From the human T2T-CHM13v2.0 reference genome, Homo sapiens, in assembly GCF_009914755.1 (NCBI RefSeq), contig NC_060928.1: DNA of 64,000 bases, one strand, 5' to 3'. This document shows positions 14,937-26,735 of the stretch, piece by piece (position 1 is the first letter of the stretch; each line of letters begins with the position of its first letter). A program made the translations under genes and the position numbers. Under the pieces are notes generated by a model. That model did no database searches. It saw only the letters and a program-made list of their open reading frames with translations, and was not told where the DNA came from.

Positions 14937-15150
14937 GAAAGAAAGAGAGAAAGAAAGAAAGGAAGGAAGGAAGGAAGGGCAGGAAGGAAGGAAGGGCAGG
15001 AAGGCAGGAGGAGGGGGAGGGGGAGAGAAGAGGGAGGGGAGGGAAGGAAAGGGAAGGGGGAAAGAAGGGAAGGGAAGGGAAGAGGGATAAGAAGGAAGGG
15101 AAGGAGGGAAGGGAAGGAAGGAGACAGGGAAGGAAGAGACAAAGAAAGAA
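14318..15150. repeat. GA-rich polypurine low-complexity tract, (GAAA)n/(GGAA)n mosaic
   Basis: ~830 bp with fewer than 20 pyrimidines on the + strand. Confidence 0.97.
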
Positions 15151-15829
15151 TTTGGGATCCTCCCTGTTCACTTGTCCAGCCACAAGTGGTAAGTCCCGTC
15201 TACCACATTGCCACCTGCTAAGGATGGGCATCTTCAGGGTACAGGCCTCTAGGACAGCAATGTTTATTGCTCCCTTCCTGCCTATTATCTAATCTGATAA
15301 CATCTCCAAGATTCCTGCAGATGGCCACAAACTCTACTATTATATAGCCAATGCGCCTGCAATACTGTGGGCATCAGAAATGTCTGCGGACTAAGGCAGC
15401 TCAGACACGGTTTCTCAAACCTTCAAATGAGACTCCTCCACAGTGTCTCACCCTTCGGCCCTGCTCATAGTTGTTGCACAACTGCAGGTTTTATCATGAA
15501 AAGTCATCAGTCCTCTTCCCCATCTCTCTCTAATACTATCTTCATTCCTATGAAGCAACCATCTTTTACTATTTTAGTTGCTTCCTAAAGTATTTGCCTC
15601 TATATTTCTAAATTGTGTTTCTTTTTTTCTATTTTATATAATATCTATTTTTTTCTACTATAGGCAATGCAAATTTAGCTCCCTAAACTATGCTTCATAC
15701 AGGTATTTTCCTTCCTCATCTTGGAACACAGTTTTATTACTTCTGAATAAATCAGTATATCATGTTTTTATTATGACTGTAACTATGATTCATCATTGAG
15801 TCAAATAGTGTATTATGATTGCATTTCCC

Positions 15830-16196
15830 TGTCTTAGTTCATTTGCGCTGCTATAACAAAATATCATAAACTGGGTAATTTATAAACAACAGAAATGTAT
15901 TTCTCACAGTTCTGGAGGATCAGAAGTCCAAGATCAAGGTGCTGGCAGATTGGATGTCTGGTGAAGGCCTGCCTGCCTCCTGGTTCGTAGACAGCTCTTT
16001 TCACTATAACCTCATATTGTGCAAGAGACAAGGGGTCTCTCTTGAGCCTCTTTTATAAGGGCACTCATCTCATTCATGAGGGCTCTGCCCCCATGCCATT
16101 TTCATTCCCAAAGACCCCACCTTCTATACCATCACCTTGGGGGTGAGAATTTCAGCATTTAAATTTGTGAGGGAAACACACATTCACACCTTAGCA
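15830..16196 (-). mobile_element. MLT1A0-like MaLR solo LTR
   Basis: tgtcttagttcatttgcgctgctataacaaaatatc ... accttagca; TSD TTCCC at 15825-15829 and 16197-16201. Confidence 0.88.
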
Positions 16197-17089
16197 TTCC
16201 CTCTTTAAAATAATTTTGTGTTATTTGTAAAATAAATAGCTTCTTTTTTACCTACATTTCTTTCTTTGAGGCCCTGCCTAAATCTTCCTATACTCTTCGA
16301 TAACTTTCCATTTAATTTTCTACATGGGCAAAACTATCGTATTTATGTATCAGTTCCATTTTTTTTTCCTGGAAACATTTTTCCCAAGCCTGCCATTATC
16401 CTGTACGTGATGCTGTCGGCCTGCAGGATTTCCCTTCTCTTTCTCATTCTGAATCCCTGATGTCCTGGATTCCCTGTCTTCCTCTTTCTTGATTTAATCC
16501 CTTGTTTTGTAGGATACATCCTTCAATAGCTTACTGAGAAGAGTGTGTGGGAGATCTAAAAATAATAAAGAGACCATGTCTGCTTGAAATGTCTTTATCT
16601 TAATTTCACACTGGTTTGGTCATCTCTTGAAGTATACATTTCTAAGTTGGAAATAATTCTTCTCGGAAATTTGAAGCATTACACCAGTGCCTTCTAGCTT
16701 CCCGTCTTGCATTTGAGAGACTGGATGACGTTCTTAGTTTGGATCCCTGTATGTGGCTTAATTCTGTTGTTTTCTCTATGGGAACTCCTCTTTGTAGCCA
16801 TATTTCTGAAATATCATGAAATTCAACAAGACCTGGAACAACTTTATTTTCAGTCATCATTGTATTAGGTACTCAGCGCCCTTTTGTATCTAAAAACTCA
16901 TGTCTTTCAATTCTGAAAATTTTTTGGTATAAATCTTTGATAGTATTTCTCCTCTATTTTCTCTATTCTCTCTTTCTGAATTACATATTATTTGGATGTT
17001 AAAATTATATTACCTTCTAGTTTCCTTATATTTCTCTCCCATTTTTCACTCCTGACTTTTGATCTACTTTCTAGAAGTCCTCAAACTGA

Positions 17090-17233
17090 TCCAGGTTTGG
17101 TGGCTCATGCTTGTAAGTCCCAGCTACTTGGGAGGTCAAAGCATGAGGATTACTTGAGCCCAGGAGTTCAAGGCCAGCCTGAGCAACATAGCAAGACCTT
17201 GTATGTTAAAAAAAAAAACTAAAATAAAAAAAA
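17090..17233 (+). mobile_element. Free Alu monomer (FLAM-like)
   Basis: Single Alu arm ending gcaagaccttgtatgtt plus an A tail. Confidence 0.8.
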
Positions 17234-20200
17234 CACATCCTAAAACTTATCTTCTAAACCTTCTATTGAACTGTTTACATCTGCTACTATATTTTTATTT
17301 TTCATGAGCTTTCATTCCTTAATAAATGCTTTTAGTCCTTTAATAAATATTTTGATAAGACTCTTATTTTTGTTTTATATATATAAATTGCCTTCTCTCT
17401 CTAAGGATATTATTATCTTTCTCTCCCCCATCCCCCTGTTTCTTTTACAATTTTGGGGATCCCTGCACTAAACTTTCTCTTCTGATTTTTTTTTTATTTT
17501 GGTTTTTGTCTTCACATTACAACCTTCCTCTTGGTGAACCCTTCATATTTAAAGGTCAGCCACCAAAATCCTTACTGGAAGCTCTGTGTGCATGGTTTGC
17601 CAAGGGACAGGCTCCACTGTAGGATGCTTGGTAGGGACATGGCAGGGATGTGGCCATTCGGTGCCCACAGATCTCTCCCCCACTCTCCTGCCAGTGTCCC
17701 GGAAACAGAACAGGAAAAGAAGTCAGGGGAGTCTCCCAGTTAAAATGTAGACTTTCATTAAATCCTGTCTCCACATGGCTTCAATCCCATCTTTACCTGC
17801 CAACAGGCACATTTTTATTTGTCACAGTTTGCATCCTGATTGATCCTTAGAAACACACGGTCATCATCAATGTGAAGACTACGGAGTTAGGGTAGGCCTG
17901 GGAGCTTTATCGTAGGGTGGAAGGGAAACAAACCAGAGGATACCCTCAGTGCACTAAGACCATGGTTAGAGGAAGCAGAAGAGGTGCCAGAATCTGAGGG
18001 CAGCAAGAGGTGAGAGTAGCACGCAGGAGAGAAGGTGCATATGTGCACTTTGCTAACTTTTATGCTCGTCCTCATTTACTCACTTCCAATGGGCCAAGAC
18101 AATTGACTTTTAATTCTCTCTACCCACTCCCATCTTGCTCTGTCTCATGGGGTAGAGAAGTGGCAGGGAAAGTAATTCTAACTCAGGGAGTTTACACCAC
18201 AGGAATATGCCCATCTGATGTCAACTGTGAACAGAACTGCTTACCGGGAGGCTCTATCGTGAACATGCCTGGTTTAGCAGAAATTCTGCTTGTGATCTTA
18301 TGGTTCATTTCCCCAAATAATGTCATCAAAAAATATAATGGATAATCACTGTTGTGTAAATGAACTGCAATTTTAAAAGGCATAATAACAGACCTTGTGT
18401 ATTCCGACCATCAAAAGGAATGTTCCCAGCCCTCCTCCTATTTCTCTTGGAACATCAGCAAACTGAATTGCAAGGGAAGTATAATAAAAAGATCTCAAGT
18501 TATCCTGCAGACATGAAGACATGGGAAGTTGGCTATAAAATTACATTTGGGTATTTTTTCTTATTCCCTGTTCAAACTCTGTCCAAAATTTCTCTATGAA
18601 ATAGGAAACTTTCTTCCCCTTTCCCGCCTCTGCACTCTGCATGTCTAGAACTAACTAGCCTTTTATAAACTCTCCCCTTTATTCCCCACCCCAGCCCTAA
18701 ATACTCAGCAGCATTAGAGGCTCATTCTTCATTGCCTTCACTGTTAAGAAAAAAAAATTGAACCCATAACAAAGAGCTTCCTACCACTGCCAAGATAAAT
18801 TGTGATCAATCACAAAAAGCAGTACATAATCCAAGAGAATGAGTATCAGCAGTTTCAGAGAAAACCAAGATGTGTAACCAAATAAACGCAATATGCTCCT
18901 AAATACCTGGGAATCAAATTTGTAATATAAAAGGCACAGGTGTCTTAGGAGTTATTGATTAAACTCCAAACTGAAGTTCATATGGTATTTCAATAGCAAG
19001 AACCACGAGCTGTTTTCCCTTGCTTCTCCTTTTCTTTCACTTTTTTCTCCCCCCCCATTCTTCTCTGGATTGAAAACTGAGGGATAGTGTTAACTAATGA
19101 TGATGTGAATTATAATCAAATCACATTCACTGTTGGGGTATCACTAGAATATACTGATTCTTTTTTCCCTTAGACTTTTAAGCATGCAAGATGTGGTCCA
19201 TATGTTCATTCCTTTGTTCCTTTGTTCTGCATCTTGATCATAATTCATGGTCCTGCAATCTAAAGAGTATGTTACAGGCTCAACACTGGGACACTCAAAG
19301 CAAGTTCTGTTTAAAAGATGTGTGGTGGGTCAAGCCTGAATAATCCAAAGGAACTCCAAAGCATAAACTAAGGTCATAAATGTTTAAGGAAACCTAGCCT
19401 TGAGTTTTCCCATAGGACAGAGGGAGGGGAAAGAGAAATCAAATAAATTCCAGCTAGATAAGCAGTCTGAGTGAGGGACAAGAGTAGTGGGGGAATGGGG
19501 AAAAGGAGATCATAAAGCCAGGAAAGAGAAAGGTTCATTAAACTCGAGTTTGAAAGGAAATTGTATAAGCAGTTAATAAAGAGATCAAAACACGAGGGGT
19601 ATGTTCCCAGGACCCTGGGCAAGTCAGCATCTGGCAGCTGACTTGTATATGGTAATGTGAACAAAGTAGATATAGAAAACACAGTGGCTTAAGAATTCCA
19701 GAGAGTTCAGAGCGGACATTTTCTGTTTCAGCATTACTGAAATTGTGAGAGATGCAACATAGCTAATTCTTCCATTTAAAAAAATGAAATATTTCCTCCT
19801 GGACAATGGCAGTCAAGTTATAAGCATTGTTCGTAAAAAAATCTAAAAAGTCTTTTAGGAAATTTAACTAACAAAATTAAAGAACAATGTATTCCAGATT
19901 ATATTGTCATTCTTGACCCATTCTAAACTTGTTATTTTTCCTCTGTGTCAAGCAGCTCACCCTAGGCAGTTGTCGGTAGGAGAGAATAATATGCAAAGGT
20001 TCATGGCCAGAAGCTGCAGAATAACCAAAATGCCACATTAAACTTTTCTCATGAGAATCCTGCAAAATGCATGTGCGGGAAGCATTTTAGCAAATGTATG
20101 TAGGAAAGAAGATTCACCACATAAGCCACTCTTCTCTCTGCAGGAAATGATAGTCCAATATCAACAATGTTTCCTGAAAGCTGACCCCTTAGTCAGAGGA

Positions 20201-21319
20201 GTCCAGCTGCTCTTGTTAACAACAAAACTATGATTTATCTCTCAAGGATGTAAAGGAATGAAAGGCAAAACTGAGAAAGTTATGACTTATACAGATGAGA
20301 TTGATCCCATGGGACAATGACTTTCCCACCATTTCTAGCTTCTGTTTTATGCATTCTGGTACCAAAACATATCTCAGGGTCATTCTGGTGTGAAATGCCC
20401 CATCACTATCCTGTTACTTCACTTTTTCAGCGTAGTGTTTCCTTTAGCTAGAACTTCATTAATTAAATTGCTTTAATTTATGAAGTAAACATTTTCTGCC
20501 AGAACAAGATTCATTGTATTTGACTGTATATTTGTTTTCTTGAACGTGTACTAATTTGCATGGGGTAAGCCATGTTTCCAAGCATGCTGAATAATTTTTC
20601 TGAAGCACAATTCCCAATCTCACCTTCCCTTTCATGTTCATTTCAAAAAGAAAGAAGAGAGTTTCTGCTTGAGAAGGCAAATGAATGTAGGAAACAAGAA
20701 GTATAATCCACCCAACTCCAAAAAATCCACGCCCAAAGATTCAGTTGATAGGCCAATATTTTTGTCTCTTCTTTTACAAGTCATTATCAGATTCCCTTTC
20801 CTAAGTTACTGTAACACCCGTCTTTCTGGAATGTAAACAGTAAAAAAGTTCAGGTTTTACTAAATTTTTTTGTACATTTTACCTCAGTGAAAAAAAAAGG
20901 AGAAACAAAACAAACAAATGGAGATCAGAGAATTGGGTTTGTTATTGTAGTTGTGTTGTTTTTCTACTCTTTACAGTAGGTAATAGGATCACACACCTTA
21001 GACCTGTTGTCTCCATTTTATACACCCACAATACTCAACCACAGCATGTATGTTTACTCATAATTATATTGTGGCTCTTCATGGCATAAGCCATCAAAAG
21101 AAGGTCAAATTAGTTTTAATGTTGCATGTACTATATTTTATTTAATTTTTTAACTGGAAATCTATGTAACTGTTAATTAACCACAACATTTTCTTAACCA
21201 GGACACTTCAATGTATGCACATATTTCATACTTGGGAAAAGTAGTCTAAATGCAGTCATAACACACCCACAGAATAGTTTTAACAGGTAAGTAGATCTTG
21301 TAAAGAAAATAGATTTTCA

Positions 21320-23076
21320 GCTCTCCCTCTCCCGCAAATAGATTTTCAGCTCTCGCTCTCGCTCTCGCTCTCGCTCTCCCTCTCCCTCTCCCTCTCCCCT
21401 CTTTCCACAGTCTCCCTCTCCCTCTCTTTCCATGACCCTCTCCCCTCTTTCCACGGTCTCCCTCTCCCTCTCTTTCCATGGTCTCCCTCTCATGCCGAGC
21501 CAAAGCTGGACTGTGCTGCTGCCATCTTGGCTCACTGCAACCTCCCTGCCTGATTCTCCTGCCTCAGCCTGCCTAGTGCCTGCAATTGCAGGCGCGCGCC
21601 GCCACGCCTGACTGGTTTTCGTATTTTTTTGGTGGAGACGGGGTTTCGCTGTGATGGCCGGGCTGGTCTCCAGCTCCTAACCGCGAGTGATCCGCCAGCC
21701 TCGGCCTCCCGAGGTGCCAGGATTGCAGACGGAGTCTCGTTAACTCAGTGCTCAATGGTGCCCAGGCTGGAGTGCAGTGGCGTGATCTCGGCTGGCTACA
21801 ACCTCCACCTCCCAGCCGCCTGCCTTGGCCCCCCAAAGTGCCGAGATTGCAGCCTCTGCCTGGCCGCTACCCCGTCTGGGAAGTGAGGAGCATCTCTGCC
21901 TGTCCGCCCATCGTCTGGGATGTGAGGAGCCCCTCTGCCTGGCTGCCCAGTCTGGAAAGTGAGGAGCGTCTCTGCCCGGCCGCCATCCCACCTAGGAAGT
22001 GAGGAGCGCCTCTTCCCGGCCGCCATCCCATCTAGGAAGTGAGGAGCGTCTCTGCCCGGCCACCCATCGTCTGAGATGTGGGGAGCGCCTCTGCCCCGCC
22101 GCCCCGTCTGGGATGTGAGGAACGCCTCAGCCCAGCCGCGACCCTGTCTGGGAGGTGAGGAGCGTCTCTGCCCGGCCGCCCTGTCTGAGAAGTGAGGAGA
22201 CCCTCCGCCTGGCAGCCACCCTGTCTGGGAGGGAGGTGGGGGGTCAGCCCCCGCCAGGCCAGCCGCCCCGTCCGGGAGGGAGGTGGGGGGTCAGCCCCCC
22301 ACCCGGCCAGCCACCCCGTCTGGGAGGTGAGGGGCGCCTCTGCCCGGCCGCCCCTACTGGGAAGTGAGGAGCCCCTCTGCCCGGCCAGCCGCCCCGTCCG
22401 GGAGGGAGGTGGGGGAGTCAGCCCCCCGCCCGGCCAGCCGCCCCGTCCGGGAGGGAGGTGGGGGGGTCAGCCCCCCACCCGGCCAGCCGCCCCGTCCGGG
22501 AGGTGAGGGGCGCCTCTGCCCAGCCACCCCTACTGGGAAGTGAGGAGCCCCTCTGCCCAGCCACCACCCCGTCTGGGAGGTGTACCCAACAGCTCATTGA
22601 GAACGGGCCATGATGACAATGGCGGCTTTGTGGAATAGAAAAGGGGGAAAGGTGGGGAAAAGATTGAGAAATCGGATGGTTGCTGTGTCTGTGTAGAAAG
22701 AAGTAGACATGGGAGACTTTTCATTTTGTTCTGTACTAAGAAAAATTCTTCTGCCTTGGGATCCTGTTGATCTATGACCTTACCCCCAACCCTGTGCTCT
22801 CTGAAACATGTGCTGTGTCCACTCAGGGTTAAATGGATTAAGGGCAGTGCAAGATGTGCTTTGTTAAACAAATGCTTGAAGGCAGCATGCTCGTTAAGAG
22901 TCATCACCACTCCCTAATCTCAAGTACCCAGGGACACAAACACTCTGCCTAGGAAAACCAGAGACCTTTGTTCACTTGTTTATCTGCTGACCTTCCCTCC
23001 ACTATTGTCCTATGACCCTGCCAAATCCCCGTCTGCGAGAAACACCCAAGAATGATCAATAAAAAAAAAAAAAAAG
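21320..23076 (+). mobile_element. Full-length SVA (SVA_D-like)
   Basis: Hexamer head, Alu-like domain (~21490-21850), GC-rich VNTR (~21850-22580), SINE-R and AATAAA-A tail; 18-bp TSD AAAGAAAATAGATTTTCA at 21302-21319 and 23077-23094. Confidence 0.97.
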
Positions 23077-23107
23077 AAAGAAAATAGATTTTCAACAACC
23101 CTATCAA

Positions 23108-23404
23108 CAAGCCAGTCACGAGAGACCATATGTTGTATATTTCTATTTATGTGAAATGTCCAGACTAGGTAAATCCACAGAGGCAAAAAAGTAGATTAGT
23201 AGTTGGCAAGGGCTGGGGGTGGAAAGTGGGAAGAATAGGGGACAATAGGAAGTGACTGCTAATGGGTATGAGGTATCTTTTTTAAGTGATGAAATATTCT
23301 AAACTTAGATTTTAGCAATAGTGCAAAATTCTGTGCATATAATAAAAAGCATTGAATTATATACATTAAATGAGTGACATGTATAGCATATAAATTATGT
23401 CTCC
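23108..23404 (+). mobile_element. L1MB-like 3' UTR fragment
   Basis: tgaaatgtccagactaggtaaatccacagag...agattagtagttggcaagggctgggg. Confidence 0.7.
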
Positions 23405-23778
23405 TGTATTAGTCTGTTCTAATACTGCTATGAAGAAATACCTGAGCCTGGGTAATTTATAAAGAAAAGAGGTTTAATTGACTTACAGTTCCGGATGGCT
23501 GGGGAGGCCTCAGGAAACTTACAATCATGACAGAAAGGGAGTCAAACACATCCTTTTTCACATGGCGGCAGGAGAGAGAAGTGACGAGCAAAGGGGGAAG
23601 CCCCTTATAAAACCATCAGATCTTGTGAGACTCACTCACTATCATAAGGACAGTATGTGGGTAACCACCCTCACGATTCAATTATCTCCCACCGGGTTAC
23701 CTCCCCCAACACATGGGGATTATAGGAACTACAGTTCAAGATGAGATTTGGGTGGGAACACAAAGTCTGACCATATCA
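23405..23778 (-). mobile_element. THE1C/D-like MaLR solo LTR
   Basis: tgtattagtctgttct ... ccccttataaaaccatcagatcttgtgagact ... accatatca. Confidence 0.88.
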
Positions 23779-25169
23779 TCCCCATAACACTTTTTTAAAA
23801 ATATCCTCTCAGAGGTTTAGTTTCCTAGAGCTGCTCAATATATGGATGGGTCAATAAAATCCAAGTGAGAGGGAGCCTTAAGATGAATCGCCTTTGCCTT
23901 ACCCTGCTCTTTCTTTGGCAGTGATGTTTGTTGAATTTCTGTTTCCCTCTCTGCTTTCAGCCCATGGACTTGGAGTTGTGTTTCTCCATCAGTTCACTAA
24001 CTTTGCTTTGAATTTCTGGCTCTCCTTAAAGTAACACCCAGTCCCCCTGTTCGAATGTCCACTGATCACTGACCCTGCCTCCTGGGTCTCATGCAAAGTC
24101 TGACACCTGAACACATTTTGGCATCCTTGATCAGCACACTCCTGGACTTTGTCAAGTGGAGTGTCAGTCTCCTCCCAGAAATGCTAGGTTAGAACCAAGG
24201 TGGGGACTCTGACGGACCTCAGGCCACACTCTTCAAGCAAAGAAGACTTGGCTTGATCTTGTGACAGCCACTTGTATTTAAATGAGATGCTGGGAAACAT
24301 ATGGAGACCTACACAAGGGAATACCCAAAAGCTTCTTGGGCATTACACTGACCTACATAGTATACGGTTTTCCATTTGGGCTGAGTCACACTGCCCCTGA
24401 TCAGGATAGATGTTATAGGGAGATGGAACAGAAGGCAGGGAGTTCATAGCAGTACTATCTGGTACCCCAGCATCAGGGATGTCCCCAGCTTCCCGTGATA
24501 TTCATGTAGGCCCTGGAAGCACCGCTTCATATAGTGATTGTTTATTTAATGTCCAAGTTTGGAATGGCTTAGAAAAAGAAAAAGACCTAAGAGCTTATAT
24601 GATGTCATGGAAAGATAGAAGTCAGACATGTGGTTTTCTTGGGTTCTTCAGCTTTTCCCAATTTTCTCCACCCCACATTCAGAGCTCTATTTGCCTTCAT
24701 CTGCAGAATCTCTGTAGGAAGCAGTTTTGAAAGGCACTGCTGAGTCACTGAGTTGTACTGTGGTCTGACTCTCTGATACTTTAAATTCTGATTTGAAGAA
24801 ATTGCTTGAAAGCACTGATATCTTTTTCTCACCGCTGGCAAATGGCAAAGTTTTCACTGAGTGAAAAGCAATGTTTCGTAAGTGAAAAATATAAGAATCA
24901 ATTTGTCCATCATTCCATTATCCTGCCCAAACACTTAACAATTAAGGGACAGGCCAGAAGGCTTCAGTTAATTACATAAAAGGTTTTTTTTGTTGTTTGT
25001 TTTTAAGTTAGGTTTAAAGAGTCCATGAGCTGCTGACAGTCTAAGAAAAATTCTTTCAGGCATTTAGCTGGAAGTTGTCACAGTTTGAATGGATGGTTTA
25101 TTCAAAATGAAGATTAAATTTCTTTATAGCAATTCTAATTTCATGGAACTTTAAATCTTAAAAAATTTA

Positions 25170-25295
25170 ATGAAACACCCTAATCTTATAGAAAATAAAA
25201 GTAGGAGCCAGTGAATAGAAGTGACTTTCCCAAGTTCCCATAGCTAAATATATGGCAAAACTAGGAATAGAAGGACCCAGGTCATCAGACTGTGG
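25170..25295 (-). mobile_element. MIR fragment
   Basis: aagtgactttcccaagttcccatagcta ... acccaggtc. Confidence 0.5.
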
Positions 25296-26582
25296 AAACA
25301 GGGCCCTATTTTACTTCAGGATGTGCCAATAATTTATGATGATGTGAATCTTCTGAAACTTATACATGATTCAAAGACACTGGGGAGGTGGGAAAAAATG
25401 GATTTGGAAGGGATGAGGAAGAATAAGAGGATCAAATAGCATCTTTATTCAGGCTCCCTGCAATGGTTGAAACAGAGAATATTGTAAAGAATATTACATG
25501 CCTTCCTGAATCAAAAGTAGCACAGCCCTGCTGGCAGCTAAGGAAGCAGGGTAATAGAAATCCCAACACCTCCACACTCAGCGCCTGGAAAATGAGAACC
25601 TAAAGCTTACTGTATTAGGATAAGGACAAGCCCAAAATCAATCATGACCCATGCCAGCCTTAAACAGTTACCATAATCTCTTACACTTGTGTATTATTCT
25701 CTTATATTAAAATAAGAATCCTAGTTGTATGCATTTATATTTGATATATAAATATACATTTGCCCTTAAAGGGTCATCTACTATAAAGGAAATTTTTTTA
25801 AAGAATTGCAAGGAAGAAATACAGTACGTTACATTTCATTAAACCATTCTCCTGATTTTCTGGAGATCTGACCTAATTTCTCTTTAGGCCTATTAGAAAA
25901 TGACATCCTTCCATTGGCAGAAACTGTCTAATTACTTTTTGTTATGAGCTATTTCCAACATTGCTGATCTGCAATTCTACAGAGCACTTTCATGAGGGCA
26001 GAGGGCAACTGTGAGTCATAGAGACTCTGGGAGGAAAGCAGAGCTCTTTGTCTGAATAAGGAAAAGTTCAGTTGTTCCTTAGGTTTCGGGCATATCAGCT
26101 ATTGCTGTCATTGGGAGTGTTTCCCAGAACTGAAAGTGAGCCTTTTAGAAAGGTTTGACATCAGGCAAGTGCTCTCTGGGGCAGGAGAGCTGCACTTTTC
26201 AGTGATAAGTACAAAGCCTAGGTTCCCTGATGAATAACAGCTTGATGATACTGGGTTAAGTTACTGAACTTCTCTATGAAATTACATCAGCCATACCATT
26301 AGGTTGTTTGGACCATTCAATGAAGTAAATACATAAATGTACATAGCCCATCACCTGCATAGATTATATCTTCCATAAGGAATAGTTGCCTTCCTTCCTC
26401 TTGGCTAAGGGAATTGGAGGTCTGGCTATACTGTTGGAGAGAAGAGTTGTACCACAAACAGACTCCACTGAAACCATGTGGACTTTGGGAAGACTGGGCC
26501 CAAACCATAGCTCAGAAAGAACATTTGGTGAAGGAGCCCAGGTCTATCCAACATGACAGCCACTCTTCTTCATGGTCTAGCC

Positions 26583-26735
26583 TAGTGCTATTCAAAGTGT
26601 GGTCCTTGGCCCAACTGTATCGATATCATCTCAGACCCTCTAAATCTGGATCTCTGGAGTAGGGCCCAAGAATCTGTGGTTCTACCAGCTCACCAGGTGA
26701 TTCTTTTGCAGGCTCAAGTTTGAAAAACACTGCTT
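26583..26735. mobile_element. MER5A/B-like MITE
   Basis: tagtgctattcaaagtgtggtcc ... caggtgattct ... aagtttgaaaaacactgctttag. Confidence 0.65.

Larger units (their letters stand above)
15500..17540 (-). mobile_element. HAL1/L1ME-like old LINE fragments
   Basis: Reverse strand reads tttagaaatatagaggcaaatac (HAL1-like 3' part); ORF1-like segment at 16500-17000. Confidence 0.5.

Noticed and set aside
14178-15231. Longest ORFs (347, 310, 276 and 187 aa)
   Set aside because: Translations of the GA-rich tract, which lacks stop codons by composition; K/E/R-only or F/S/L-only content.
21850-22580. Repeat array superficially like CRISPR
   Set aside because: SVA VNTR units with no unique spacers, in primate DNA with no cas genes.
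21246-22910. Cluster of overlapping GC-rich ORFs and an apparent CpG island
   Set aside because: All lie inside the SVA hexamer, Alu-like, VNTR and SINE-R domains; not a gene or a native promoter.
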